A stretch of 64,000 bases of DNA. Source: a bacterium (GTDB taxonomy: Bacteria; Patescibacteriota; Minisyncoccia; Phycocordibacterales; UBA1006). The notes below the pieces were generated by a model that worked only from the letters and a program-made list of their open reading frames with translations, had not been told where the DNA came from and ran no database searches. Position 1 is the stretch's first letter; each line of letters starts with the position of its first letter. The translations under genes and the position numbers were made by a program. Shown here one piece after another: positions 28,831 through 37,671 of this stretch. The stretch lies in NCBI GenBank assembly GCA_037144045.1, contig JBAWXN010000004.1:2839-66838 (forward strand), in the 5' to 3' direction.

Positions 28831-29433
28831 CTAATAGAACACCCTATTCAGAAACTCGTTCAGAGCAAATTCAAATTTACCTTGTTCGTTTCTGATGATA
28901 TTGTCAAAATGTACCATTTGGCTCAGTTCATATTCCATGCGTACAATTCGTTTTTGAATCTTCGCTTCGGAATCATTACGTTTACCTTGCTCAATATCTT
29001 TACGAATGCGGGCAATCATATCTTCTTTCCTCGAAGCAATATAGATCACTTTTACCGAAATACCTTCAAGGTCGATAAACCCTGACTGTTTTTTACCAAG
29101 GAATTTTAACGCACCATTCACATCGGCAACTGCTATTGCATGCTTTCTCTGTGATTGAATACGCTTGAGTTCCTCACGACTGAATCCATACCATCCATTT
29201 TCATACACTTCCTCTGCTTCAAAAAACTTATTTTGTTGCAGATGTTGCTGAAAGAGGGACGGTGTCAACCGGTAGTAGTCCCTACCTTCTTGTTCGGTAT
29301 CACGAAGCTCGCGATCGGTGGTAGTAATAAATTTAATCAGTTCATCAGAATGACTTCCGATACACGTATTGGAAATTTCAGTTTTACCAGCTCCTGATGG
29401 GCCGGTAACAATTACTAGGTCAGTTCTTGCCAT
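28831..29433 (-). CDS. gmk: guanylate kinase
   Basis: TGPSGAGKT, TTDRELRDTEQEGRDYY, VYENGWYG. Confidence 0.85.
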   Translation of the reverse strand: MARTDLVIVTGPSGAGKTEISNTCIGSHSDELIKFITTTDRELRDTEQEGRDYYRLTPSLFQQHLQQNKFFEAEEVYENGWYGFSREELKRIQSQRKHAIAVADVNGALKFLGKKQSGFIDLEGISVKVIYIASRKEDMIARIRKDIEQGKRNDSEAKIQKRIVRMEYELSQMVHFDNIIRNEQGKFEFALNEFLNRVFY

Positions 29434-29500
29434 ATAAAGAATTTTCCATAAAGTACCACGACTGGAAATAAAGGTCAATCTGTGGTACCCTACCGACATT

Positions 29501-30562
29501 ATGAACATCCTTGCGATTGAAACGTCATGCGATGAAACGGCTATGTGCTATATCGAAGCTATACCGACTGAACTAGGTACTGATTTCATCGTGCATAAAA
29601 ATATCACCCACACGCAACTTGAACATAAAGAATACGGTGGCGTATTTCCTGCAATAGCAAAACGTGAACATCAAATTAACTTACCTATAATCCTTGAACA
29701 AGTAATGGCAGGCCATGATATCCCTGATTATATTTGCGTTACGAATGGTCCAGGACTCGAACCGGCATTGTGGTGTGGCATTGTATTTGCAAAAGAACTT
29801 GGACAAAAATGGAATATACCTGTAGTACCTGTAAATCATATGGAAGGACATATCTTGTCAGTACTCGTTCCCCCACTCCTTTCAGGAGAGGGGCTAGGAG
29901 TGAAATTTGCATTCAATAACACTATTATATTCCCTGCGCTTGCGCTTCTTATTTCTGGTGGACATACAGAACTCGTATTGGTAAAAGAAATTGGTGATTA
30001 TAAGATAGTAGGAAAAACACGCGATGACGCGGTTGGCGAAGCGTTTGATAAAGCCGCACGACTCATGGGACTTGATTATCCAGGCGGACCTGAAATTGCA
30101 CAACGTGCGGAACAATATTCCGACCAAGAAAAACCAGTATTCCCACGACCCATGCTTCATACTAAAGACTTCGATTTTTCTTTTTCAGGATTAAAAACTG
30201 CAGTACTTTATTATATTCAATCACTTGGTTCTACGACTACCGAAGAACAACGCATTGCTATTGCTTATGAATTCCAAGAAGCAGCCACTGAAGTGCTCGT
30301 AACTAAAACCAGAAAAGCTATGGATTATTTTGGTGCCCAATCCCTTATTGTTGCAGGAGGGGTATCTGCAAATAAGCGCATCATTAATGGATTACAAACT
30401 ATGACTACTCAGGAATTTCCAGGAACAAGCTTCCTCGCACCAGTTCGTGAACTTACTGGCGACAATTCCCTAATGATCGCACTCGCTGGATATTTTAAGA
30501 TACAAAAAAGCCCTGATACTGTATACACAGACATCAAGGCTCAAGGTAATCTTCAATTATAA
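29501..30562 (+). CDS. tsaD: tRNA threonylcarbamoyltransferase TsaD
   Basis: ILAIETSCDET, NHMEGH, SGGHT, DDAVGEAFDK, FSFSGLKT. Confidence 0.97.
   Translation: MNILAIETSCDETAMCYIEAIPTELGTDFIVHKNITHTQLEHKEYGGVFPAIAKREHQINLPIILEQVMAGHDIPDYICVTNGPGLEPALWCGIVFAKELGQKWNIPVVPVNHMEGHILSVLVPPLLSGEGLGVKFAFNNTIIFPALALLISGGHTELVLVKEIGDYKIVGKTRDDAVGEAFDKAARLMGLDYPGGPEIAQRAEQYSDQEKPVFPRPMLHTKDFDFSFSGLKTAVLYYIQSLGSTTTEEQRIAIAYEFQEAATEVLVTKTRKAMDYFGAQSLIVAGGVSANKRIINGLQTMTTQEFPGTSFLAPVRELTGDNSLMIALAGYFKIQKSPDTVYTDIKAQGNLQL
29871..29905 (+). repeat. REP-like palindrome in frame within tsaD
   Basis: CCCCACTCCT-TTC-AGGAGAGGGG-CTAGGAGTGAAA, encoding PLLSGEGLGVK. Confidence 0.55.
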
Positions 30563-30675
30563 ATTACTCACTGCTAACTCCTTCAGTAATGAAGGAGTTA
30601 TTTAGTATATCTTGGAATAAAATGAGCTAGGAAAAACGAATAGGAACAGATGCACGATGTAATTTATCAGCATTA

Positions 30676-30810
30676 TTAATCATTCTCCTGTTTTTCGGTA
30701 TTTGCCTCATCAATGGTTTTTTTCTTAAAGAACAACCGAGGAATACTGATAATACAAAAAATAATAAGCGCAACCATGAATAGGCCACCAACGAAATAAT
30801 GCAAATACAT
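30676..30810 (-). CDS. small single-TM protein (44 aa), not in the ORF track
   Basis: MYLHYFVGGLFMVALIIFCIISIPRLFFKKKTIDEANTEKQEND; upstream TTTACA...TGATATTAT. Confidence 0.45.
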   Translation of the reverse strand: MYLHYFVGGLFMVALIIFCIISIPRLFFKKKTIDEANTEKQEND

Positions 30811-30909
30811 ATCGAGTGATTTAATGAACAATAATTAGTCGCATAATATCACGTTTTACTCTTTTGTAAATATCTCCCCAAAAACCCTTTAAAATGGTAT
30901 AGTTTTTTC

Positions 30910-33105
30910 ATGAATACCGAGAACCGACACAATATCCCCGAGGAATTTTTACGTCCTTATAGTCCTACAGAAAGTGAACCTCTTGTTTATCAAACATGGG
31001 AAACATCTGGATTTTTTAATCCGGATATTTGTATTGAAAAAGGAGTTACTAAAGCTGATGCCGAACATTTTTCAATCGTACTTCCCCCACCAAACGTAAC
31101 AGGAACCTTGCATACTGGACACGCGCTCATGCTCGTAATCCAAGACATTATGGTGCGCTATCAACGCATGCTAGGTAAAAAAACTCTTTGGATTCCCGGA
31201 ACTGATCATGCGGCGATCGCTACTCAGTCTAAAGTAGAGAAACTTCTTGAAAAAGAAGGACTTAAAAAACACGACCTTGGCCGTGAAGCTTTTTTGAAGC
31301 GTGTAGAGCAGTTTGCCCAAGAATCACATGATACGATCGTGCATCAAACTAAAAAAATGGGAGCATCCCTTGATTGGTCACGCGAAGCGTATACTCTCGA
31401 TGATAAGCGCAACCTTGCCGTACGTACTGCATTTAAAAAAATGTATGACGATGGACTTATTTATCGTGGTCACAGAATCGTAAATTGGGACCCAAAAGGT
31501 CAGACAACTATTTCTGATGATGAGCTCGTATACCAAGAAGAAACTGTTAAATTTTACTATTTCAAATATGGACCATTCACGATTGGAACCGCGCGCCCGG
31601 AAACAAAGTTTGGTGACAAATACGTAGTAATGCATCCAGACGATGCTCGTTACGCACAATACAATCATGGTGATAAGTTAACTATTGAATGGATAAACGG
31701 TCCTCTTGAAGCTACCATTATCAAAGATTCAATGATTGATATGGAATTTGGAACCGGTGTTATGACTATTACTCCTTGGCACTCTAAGGAAGACTTTGAC
31801 TTAGCTGAAAAATACAATCTGGACAAAGAACAAATTATCGATCAATACGGAAAACTCCTTCCTATTGCAGGCGAATTTGCTGGAATGAAAATAAAAGACG
31901 CTCGAGAAAAAATCGTAGAAAAACTTCAATCAAAAGGCCTCGTAGAAAAAGTCGAAGAAAACTACAAACACAACATTGCAACCGCGGAACGAAGTGGTGG
32001 TATTATCGAACCACAAATAATGCATCAATGGTTTATTGATGTTAATAAACCCATTGCAGAACGAAATAATAAATCTCTTAAAGAGTTAATGCAAGATGCG
32101 GTGAATTCAAAAAATATCGAAATTATTCCTGATCGTTTTGAAAAAATATATTTCCATTGGATTAATAATCTAAAAGACTGGTGTATCTCTCGGCAGATCT
32201 GGTACGGTCACCAAATACCTGTTTGGTACAAAGGTGAAGAAACGTATGTTGGAATAGAGGCGCCTCTGGAAGAGGGCTGGGTACAAGATCCGGATACTCT
32301 CGATACGTGGTTCTCATCAGGATTATGGACATTTTCCACATTAGGATGGCCAGAACAAACAACCGACCTTGAAACCTATCATCCAACCTCAGTACTTGAA
32401 ACAGGTCATGACATTTTATTTTTTTGGATAGCTCGCATGATTCTTATGTCGACCTACGTCCTTGGTACTGTTCCGTTTAAAACCGTATACCTCCATGGAA
32501 TGGTACGCGCAGCCAACGGACAAAAAATGTCTAAATCTCTTGGAAATGCTGCAGCCGACCCACTCGATATTATTGCAAAATATGGAAACGATGCGTTGCG
32601 TATGGCTATGATTATTGGGAATACCCCAGGAAACGATTTAAAGCTCGATGAAAATAATATTCGTGGATACGGAAAGTTTGGTAACAAGATTTGGAACGCA
32701 ACACGATTTGTATTAGAAAGTATTGCACAAGCTGATTTCAGTGAACCCGTTGAACTCGATAGTGAAGATCAGCAATCTATGGATGAACTCAATGAATTAT
32801 TGAAAGTGGCTACTAAAGAAATGAACGAGTTTAAGTTTTCACTTGCTGGTGACAAACTCTATCATTATTTCTGGCACACCTTTGCAGATATTATTATCGA
32901 GCGATCAAAGAAAAAAATTACTGAAGGAATTAATGCGCCAAGTGCTCAACGACTTCTCTATTTGCAACACCTCACCTTGATTAAAGCACTCCATCCATTC
33001 ATGCCATTTGTAACTGAAAAAGTATGGGGCCTCCTTCCAAAAATTGGAAATGAGACAAACGACAATAAATTGCTTATAATAGAGTCATGGCCAACATCAG
33101 CCTAA
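30910..33105 (+). CDS. valS: valine--tRNA ligase (no C-terminal coiled coil)
   Basis: PPPNVTGTLHTGH, DWCISRQ, KMSKS. Confidence 0.97.
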   Translation: MNTENRHNIPEEFLRPYSPTESEPLVYQTWETSGFFNPDICIEKGVTKADAEHFSIVLPPPNVTGTLHTGHALMLVIQDIMVRYQRMLGKKTLWIPGTDHAAIATQSKVEKLLEKEGLKKHDLGREAFLKRVEQFAQESHDTIVHQTKKMGASLDWSREAYTLDDKRNLAVRTAFKKMYDDGLIYRGHRIVNWDPKGQTTISDDELVYQEETVKFYYFKYGPFTIGTARPETKFGDKYVVMHPDDARYAQYNHGDKLTIEWINGPLEATIIKDSMIDMEFGTGVMTITPWHSKEDFDLAEKYNLDKEQIIDQYGKLLPIAGEFAGMKIKDAREKIVEKLQSKGLVEKVEENYKHNIATAERSGGIIEPQIMHQWFIDVNKPIAERNNKSLKELMQDAVNSKNIEIIPDRFEKIYFHWINNLKDWCISRQIWYGHQIPVWYKGEETYVGIEAPLEEGWVQDPDTLDTWFSSGLWTFSTLGWPEQTTDLETYHPTSVLETGHDILFFWIARMILMSTYVLGTVPFKTVYLHGMVRAANGQKMSKSLGNAAADPLDIIAKYGNDALRMAMIIGNTPGNDLKLDENNIRGYGKFGNKIWNATRFVLESIAQADFSEPVELDSEDQQSMDELNELLKVATKEMNEFKFSLAGDKLYHYFWHTFADIIIERSKKKITEGINAPSAQRLLYLQHLTLIKALHPFMPFVTEKVWGLLPKIGNETNDNKLLIIESWPTSA

Positions 33106-33818
33106 CAACCATCTGCTACGCTGCCCTCGGTGGCATGGTACCCACATTTTTGTGGTTGTGGTTTTGGCTGACCGAAGAAGACGATCATGCTGAGCCGGTA
33201 GGACTTGTAGCACTCACATTCATAGGAGGAGCCATTGGAGTACTCATCCTCCTTCCTCTCAAGCCATTAGTTCAAAGTCTTTCAATGAGCCCCCAGCATG
33301 TGACCGTCCTCTACGCATTTCTTGAAGAATGCATTAAATATGGAATTGTATCATTAGTAGCATTTAATAGTGGTGCTATTACCCGAGCAACAGACTATAC
33401 TGTATTCCTCGTAACCGGAGCACTCGGATTCTCTGCACTTGAAAATACGCTGTACCTCATAAAACCAATTGCTGCCAATACTGATATTGGACTTATCCTT
33501 ATCACGGGTAATATGCGATTCCTAGGAGCTACAGTTCTTCACTCAATTTCTGTTGCTCTTATCGGTGTACTCATTGGATTAGGATACACAGGACTGAAAT
33601 CACTCAGAGCACTCTACACCATGATCGGACTTGTGCTTGCTACTGGTTTGCATACCGTCTTCAACTATTTTATAATGCAAGATACCAGACAGAGTACTAT
33701 CATTGCTATATCAGGAGTTTGGATTGTTGCCGTAATTGTAATCTTGCTCTTTGACCGATTACGATCACTTGAAGCAAACATTAAGGATAGTTACCAAAAC
33801 AATCAATTATCATCATAA
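33087..33818 (+). CDS. PrsW family intramembrane protease
   Basis: EECIKY, ALGFSALEN, TVLH, LHTVFN. Confidence 0.9.
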   Translation: MANISLTTICYAALGGMVPTFLWLWFWLTEEDDHAEPVGLVALTFIGGAIGVLILLPLKPLVQSLSMSPQHVTVLYAFLEECIKYGIVSLVAFNSGAITRATDYTVFLVTGALGFSALENTLYLIKPIAANTDIGLILITGNMRFLGATVLHSISVALIGVLIGLGYTGLKSLRALYTMIGLVLATGLHTVFNYFIMQDTRQSTIIAISGVWIVAVIVILLFDRLRSLEANIKDSYQNNQLSS

Positions 33819-33837
33819 TTTCTTTTACTATATATTT

Positions 33838-34356
33838 ATGCAACAAAAACGATCATTTTTCGAACGACTCACCGGAAGTATTCGCATGGAAGACGATGAA
33901 CCAGTCGTTATGAATCCTCCTGCACGAAAACCATCACTCTATCGTAACTACCCTACTGATACTTACGAATCAGATACTACCATTGATGAGTCTCTTGAAA
34001 TTGAAACTGAGGTTGAAGAATCTGAACCAGAAGAAGCTCAGCTTGCCGTAGATATTTATGAAACCAATGATGCAGTGATTGTTAAAACCATGACTGCAGG
34101 GGTAAAAAAGGAAGATCTTCAGATTCATGTAACTCGCGAGACCCTTACTATCCGTGGTCATCGCGAAAATGAAACTCGTGGATACCAGCACCATTACCAT
34201 AATGAAGAGCTTTACTGGGGACCTTTTACCCGCACGGTTAACCTCCCTGCTGAAGTAGATATCGAACAAGCGAGCGCTACTGAACACCATGGACTCGTTA
34301 CTATTAAACTTCCTAAGTTTGATAAGAAACGCCAAGCAACGCTTAAAATTCAATAA
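33838..34356 (+). CDS. Hsp20/alpha-crystallin small heat shock protein
   Basis: VDIYET, ELYWGPFTRTVNLP, GLVTIKLPK. Confidence 0.92.
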   Translation: MQQKRSFFERLTGSIRMEDDEPVVMNPPARKPSLYRNYPTDTYESDTTIDESLEIETEVEESEPEEAQLAVDIYETNDAVIVKTMTAGVKKEDLQIHVTRETLTIRGHRENETRGYQHHYHNEELYWGPFTRTVNLPAEVDIEQASATEHHGLVTIKLPKFDKKRQATLKIQ

Positions 34357-34389
34357 TAGAAAAAATCCCTCACGGGATTTTTTCATGGG

Positions 34390-34462
34390 TGCCAAGGGGC
34401 GGGCTCGAACCGCCGACCCCATCCTCTTCAGGGATATGCTCTACCAACTGAGCTACCTTGGC
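34390..34462 (-). tRNA. tRNA-Phe(GAA)
   Basis: GCCAAGG-TAGCTCAGTTGGTAGAGC; anticodon loop CTGAAGA; GGTTCGAG. Confidence 0.95.
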
Positions 34463-34523
34463 AAAACAGTGTTAAAACTGTTCCGCTAGTATACAGGATT
34501 ATAGTATTTTTTCAACCCCTGAT

Positions 34524-34787
34524 TTATTGATTGACTCGAGGTGTAACAAAGTCAACAACACTTCCAATTTGGTTGTTAATCGACGAAAATTGGTCCCGTA
34601 GGACTTGTAAATATGGAAATGCGTAATAGTATCCACCAATAGCCAAGACGATCAACACCGCCCAATAAAAAGCAGTCCAATTACGTCCCCATCGTTGTCG
34701 GCGATCAATCCTAATTAAGTAGTGATTATTTTCTTTCGCATATTTTAAATTTTCAAGTAATAAATATTCGAGTTCTTTTTCAGTCAT
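34524..34787 (-). CDS. small single-TM hypothetical protein
   Basis: 87-aa ORF with one TM helix; extended -10 TGATAGAAT 6 nt upstream. Confidence 0.7.
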   Translation of the reverse strand: MTEKELEYLLLENLKYAKENNHYLIRIDRRQRWGRNWTAFYWAVLIVLAIGGYYYAFPYLQVLRDQFSSINNQIGSVVDFVTPRVNQ

Positions 34788-34823
34788 AGTACTATTCTAT
34801 CAGATCTATAAAACAATCCAAGG

Positions 34824-34895
34824 TGCCCCCACTAGGAATCGAACCTAGATCTTTTCCTTAGGACGGAACTGCTCTATCCATTGAGCTACAGGGGC
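34824..34895 (-). tRNA. tRNA-Arg(CCT)
   Basis: GCCCCTG-TAGCTCAATGGATAGAGC; loop GTCCTAA; GGTTCGATTCC. Confidence 0.92.
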
Positions 34896-34965
34896 AATGT
34901 ATCAAATAAAAACACTCACATACCGTGAGTGTTTTTATCCTAGCATATTACGCAGGGTTTTTCAC

Positions 34966-35232
34966 CTACGCCGTAATACCTAATTTTTGTTCAAATAATG
35001 CCTGACTAAATCCAACAAGCACATCAGGGTGTTGATCTGGGTGATCAAGGTCGGTAATAACGGTAACCGGAACTCCCATTTGTCCTGTTAATTCAACGAT
35101 ATATTTTCGTTTTTCCATATCTGAAGCTACATCGTGATCAGTAAAGGCAATATTATGGCTAGTTAAATAACCCTTTTCCATATGGCAAAAATGACATGAT
35201 GGGGTTGAGTAAATATCAATTTTCTTATTCAT
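34966..35232 (-). CDS. glutaredoxin / NrdH-redoxin family protein
   Basis: IYSTPSCHFC, TGQMGVPV, VGF. Confidence 0.9.
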   Translation of the reverse strand: MNKKIDIYSTPSCHFCHMEKGYLTSHNIAFTDHDVASDMEKRKYIVELTGQMGVPVTVITDLDHPDQHPDVLVGFSQALFEQKLGITA

Positions 35233-35251
35233 AGACCAAGTATAGCACATT

Positions 35252-35632
35252 TTAAAATCCAAGAAACTGTTTAATTCGTACCCACCATGACGGGTTCACA
35301 GAAGGTGTTTTATTGCTTTGAGCTGCATCATCAACCACGATTACTAACTGTTCCCCGGGACGAATCACTCGATACCGATTACGTACTTCTGCCTCAAGCC
35401 CTCGATCGGTCGATAAATGAGTAATTTTATCTGCCAGTTCTTCCTGTTTCTCATTTAATGTATCCAGTTCGCTTTGAAACTGATTTCTGAGTGCGACCGC
35501 CTCCCTATTTTTTACATACATACGATATACCACAAACAATCCCCAACACAATACCACTACTAAAAATACCGCGAGTACGGGTGAATGGGTCCAGGACTTT
35601 TTTTTGTGGGCAATAAATGGTTTATGGTGCAT
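35252..35632 (-). CDS. septum formation initiator (FtsB/DivIC-like)
   Basis: TM plus coiled coil plus EAEVRNRYRVIRPGEQL. Confidence 0.8.
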   Translation of the reverse strand: MHHKPFIAHKKKSWTHSPVLAVFLVVVLCWGLFVVYRMYVKNREAVALRNQFQSELDTLNEKQEELADKITHLSTDRGLEAEVRNRYRVIRPGEQLVIVVDDAAQSNKTPSVNPSWWVRIKQFLGF

Positions 35633-35672
35633 ACTCCTTTACTTTTTGGCTGTTTTTATTATACTACAGCGT

Positions 35673-35786
35673 ATGAATATTTTCACGAGTAAACACCAAA
35701 AACGTATTAAATGGATTTGGGGCACATTAAGTATTATTGTTATTGCCTCAATGATTATCCTCTATTCTGGAATTACTAACTTCTAA
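35673..35786 (+). CDS. small membrane protein (37 aa)
   Basis: MNIFTSKHQKRIKWIWGTLSIIVIASMII; TATACT just upstream. Confidence 0.55.
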   Translation: MNIFTSKHQKRIKWIWGTLSIIVIASMIILYSGITNF

Positions 35787-35809
35787 AAAATCCCGCATGG
35801 CGGGATTTT

Positions 35810-37615
35810 TTATTTTTTCATCATTTTCAAAAATACTTCATGAGGAATATTCACCTTTCCCTTTCCTCGACTCGCCATTTTTTTCTTTCCTTCTTTTTGT
35901 TTCTCGCGAAGCTTCATTTTTCGCGTAATGTCACCCCCATACATATGCTGGGTAACGTCCTTCATAAACGCTTTAATGGTCTTCGAGGCTAGAATACGTC
36001 CGAGTGCAAATCCTTGAATTTTCATTTCAAACATTTGTCGTGGCATTACTTCGTGAAGTTTTTCTACGGCTGACTCAGCTTCTTCTACTGCACGTCGTCG
36101 AGCAATCACCCGAGTAAAGGCAGGCACCACTTCATCTGCAAGGAGAATGTCGAGACGGGTTACATCTGCTACACGCATTTCTGCAAAATCATACGCAATA
36201 GACGCGTATCCTGAAGTAACTGATTTCAATTCATCAAAGAAGTTGCGCATTAATTCACGAAGCGGCATAAGCACGTTAATTTTGGTTCGTTCATCACCAA
36301 AATTTTCCATGTCTACCACTTCACCTTCATGGTCGTGACACAGCATCGAAAGTCCACCCAAATACGTATTCGGGGTCATAATGTGCAGCAGTACCCACGG
36401 TTCCAATACTTCAGCAACTTCTCCATCATTGGGAAACATATGCGGTGAATAGACAATTTGGTCTTTACCATTTTTAAGTGTTACGTGATACGTAATCGAA
36501 GGCTGTGTTACCACAAGGTCAAGATTATGTTCGCGTCGTAATCGTTCAGTAATAATTTCCAAGTGGAGCATCCCGAGGAATCCACAGCGGAATCCTCGTC
36601 CGAGCGCACCAGACACTTCTTCTTCATAGGAAAATGCAGAATCTGATAATCGCAATCGTGCAAGCGCATGTTTAAGTTCTGGGAAGTGGTCTTGTGATTC
36701 TGGGTATACGGATGCCCATACCACCGGTCGAGGATTTTGATATCCAGGAAGTGCTGGAAGTGGGTTTTTAAACAACGTAATCGTATCACCTACCGATGCA
36801 ATACCCGGCTGTTTAATTCCGGTAACAATGTACCCAATTTCACCTGCCGCTAAATGATCGCGTTCCGTTTTAACGGGTGAAAAAGTTCCGAGAGATAGCG
36901 CAAAGAATTTTTCGTTAGCAATAGCAAACAATAATTGATCACCCTTTTTAATGGTTCCATTTAATACGCGAATATATACAATTACTCCTTGATGGTTTGA
37001 ATATTCAAAATCAAACACGAGCGCACTAAAATCATTTGGCCCTGTATGGGTCACGTGAGGTGCCGGCACGCGTTCAATAACCGCTTTTAATAAATCATCC
37101 ACCCCAGTTCCTGTTCGTCCTGACACTTCGAGTACTGAATCTGGATCGCAATCAAGCACTGAAGCAATTTCTAGTTTCACTTCATCAACTCGTGCGAGCG
37201 GTGAATCTACTTTTGAAACTACAGGAATAATAACGAGTCCTGAGGCTCGTGCCATTTCAAGGGTAGTGAGGGTTTGAGCTTGAACTCCTTGGGTAGCATC
37301 TACTAAGAGAATTGATCCCTCTACCGCTTTAAGCGCCCGAGAAACCTCATACGAGAAGTCGATATGCCCTGGGGTGTCAATGAGGTTCAACACAAAATCA
37401 GACCCGTTATGGGCGTATTTCATGCGTACTGGCTGCATTTTAATCGTAATCCCGCGTTCGCGTTCCAATTCCATAGAATCAAGGACTTGGTCCTGCATTT
37501 TACGTTTTTCGATGGTATGTGTTAATTCGAGCATACGATCTGCAAGGGTTGATTTTCCGTGGTCAATATGAGCAATAATGGAAAAGTTTCTAATTTTTGA
37601 GAGGTCGTGTGCCAT
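35810..37615 (-). CDS. lepA: elongation factor 4 (LepA)
   Basis: RNFSIIAHIDHGKSTL, GFRCGFLGMLH, YGGDITRK. Confidence 0.98.
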   Translation of the reverse strand: MAHDLSKIRNFSIIAHIDHGKSTLADRMLELTHTIEKRKMQDQVLDSMELERERGITIKMQPVRMKYAHNGSDFVLNLIDTPGHIDFSYEVSRALKAVEGSILLVDATQGVQAQTLTTLEMARASGLVIIPVVSKVDSPLARVDEVKLEIASVLDCDPDSVLEVSGRTGTGVDDLLKAVIERVPAPHVTHTGPNDFSALVFDFEYSNHQGVIVYIRVLNGTIKKGDQLLFAIANEKFFALSLGTFSPVKTERDHLAAGEIGYIVTGIKQPGIASVGDTITLFKNPLPALPGYQNPRPVVWASVYPESQDHFPELKHALARLRLSDSAFSYEEEVSGALGRGFRCGFLGMLHLEIITERLRREHNLDLVVTQPSITYHVTLKNGKDQIVYSPHMFPNDGEVAEVLEPWVLLHIMTPNTYLGGLSMLCHDHEGEVVDMENFGDERTKINVLMPLRELMRNFFDELKSVTSGYASIAYDFAEMRVADVTRLDILLADEVVPAFTRVIARRRAVEEAESAVEKLHEVMPRQMFEMKIQGFALGRILASKTIKAFMKDVTQHMYGGDITRKMKLREKQKEGKKKMASRGKGKVNIPHEVFLKMMKK

Positions 37616-37671
37616 AGGTTGTAACCGCATAGTACCATATTTTAGCTATAAAAAAAGCCCTCGTAAGGCTT

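Noticed and set aside
34390-34895. tRNA-anchored genomic island or prophage
   Set aside because: No integrase, and I saw no duplicated tRNA 3' end (by eye only)
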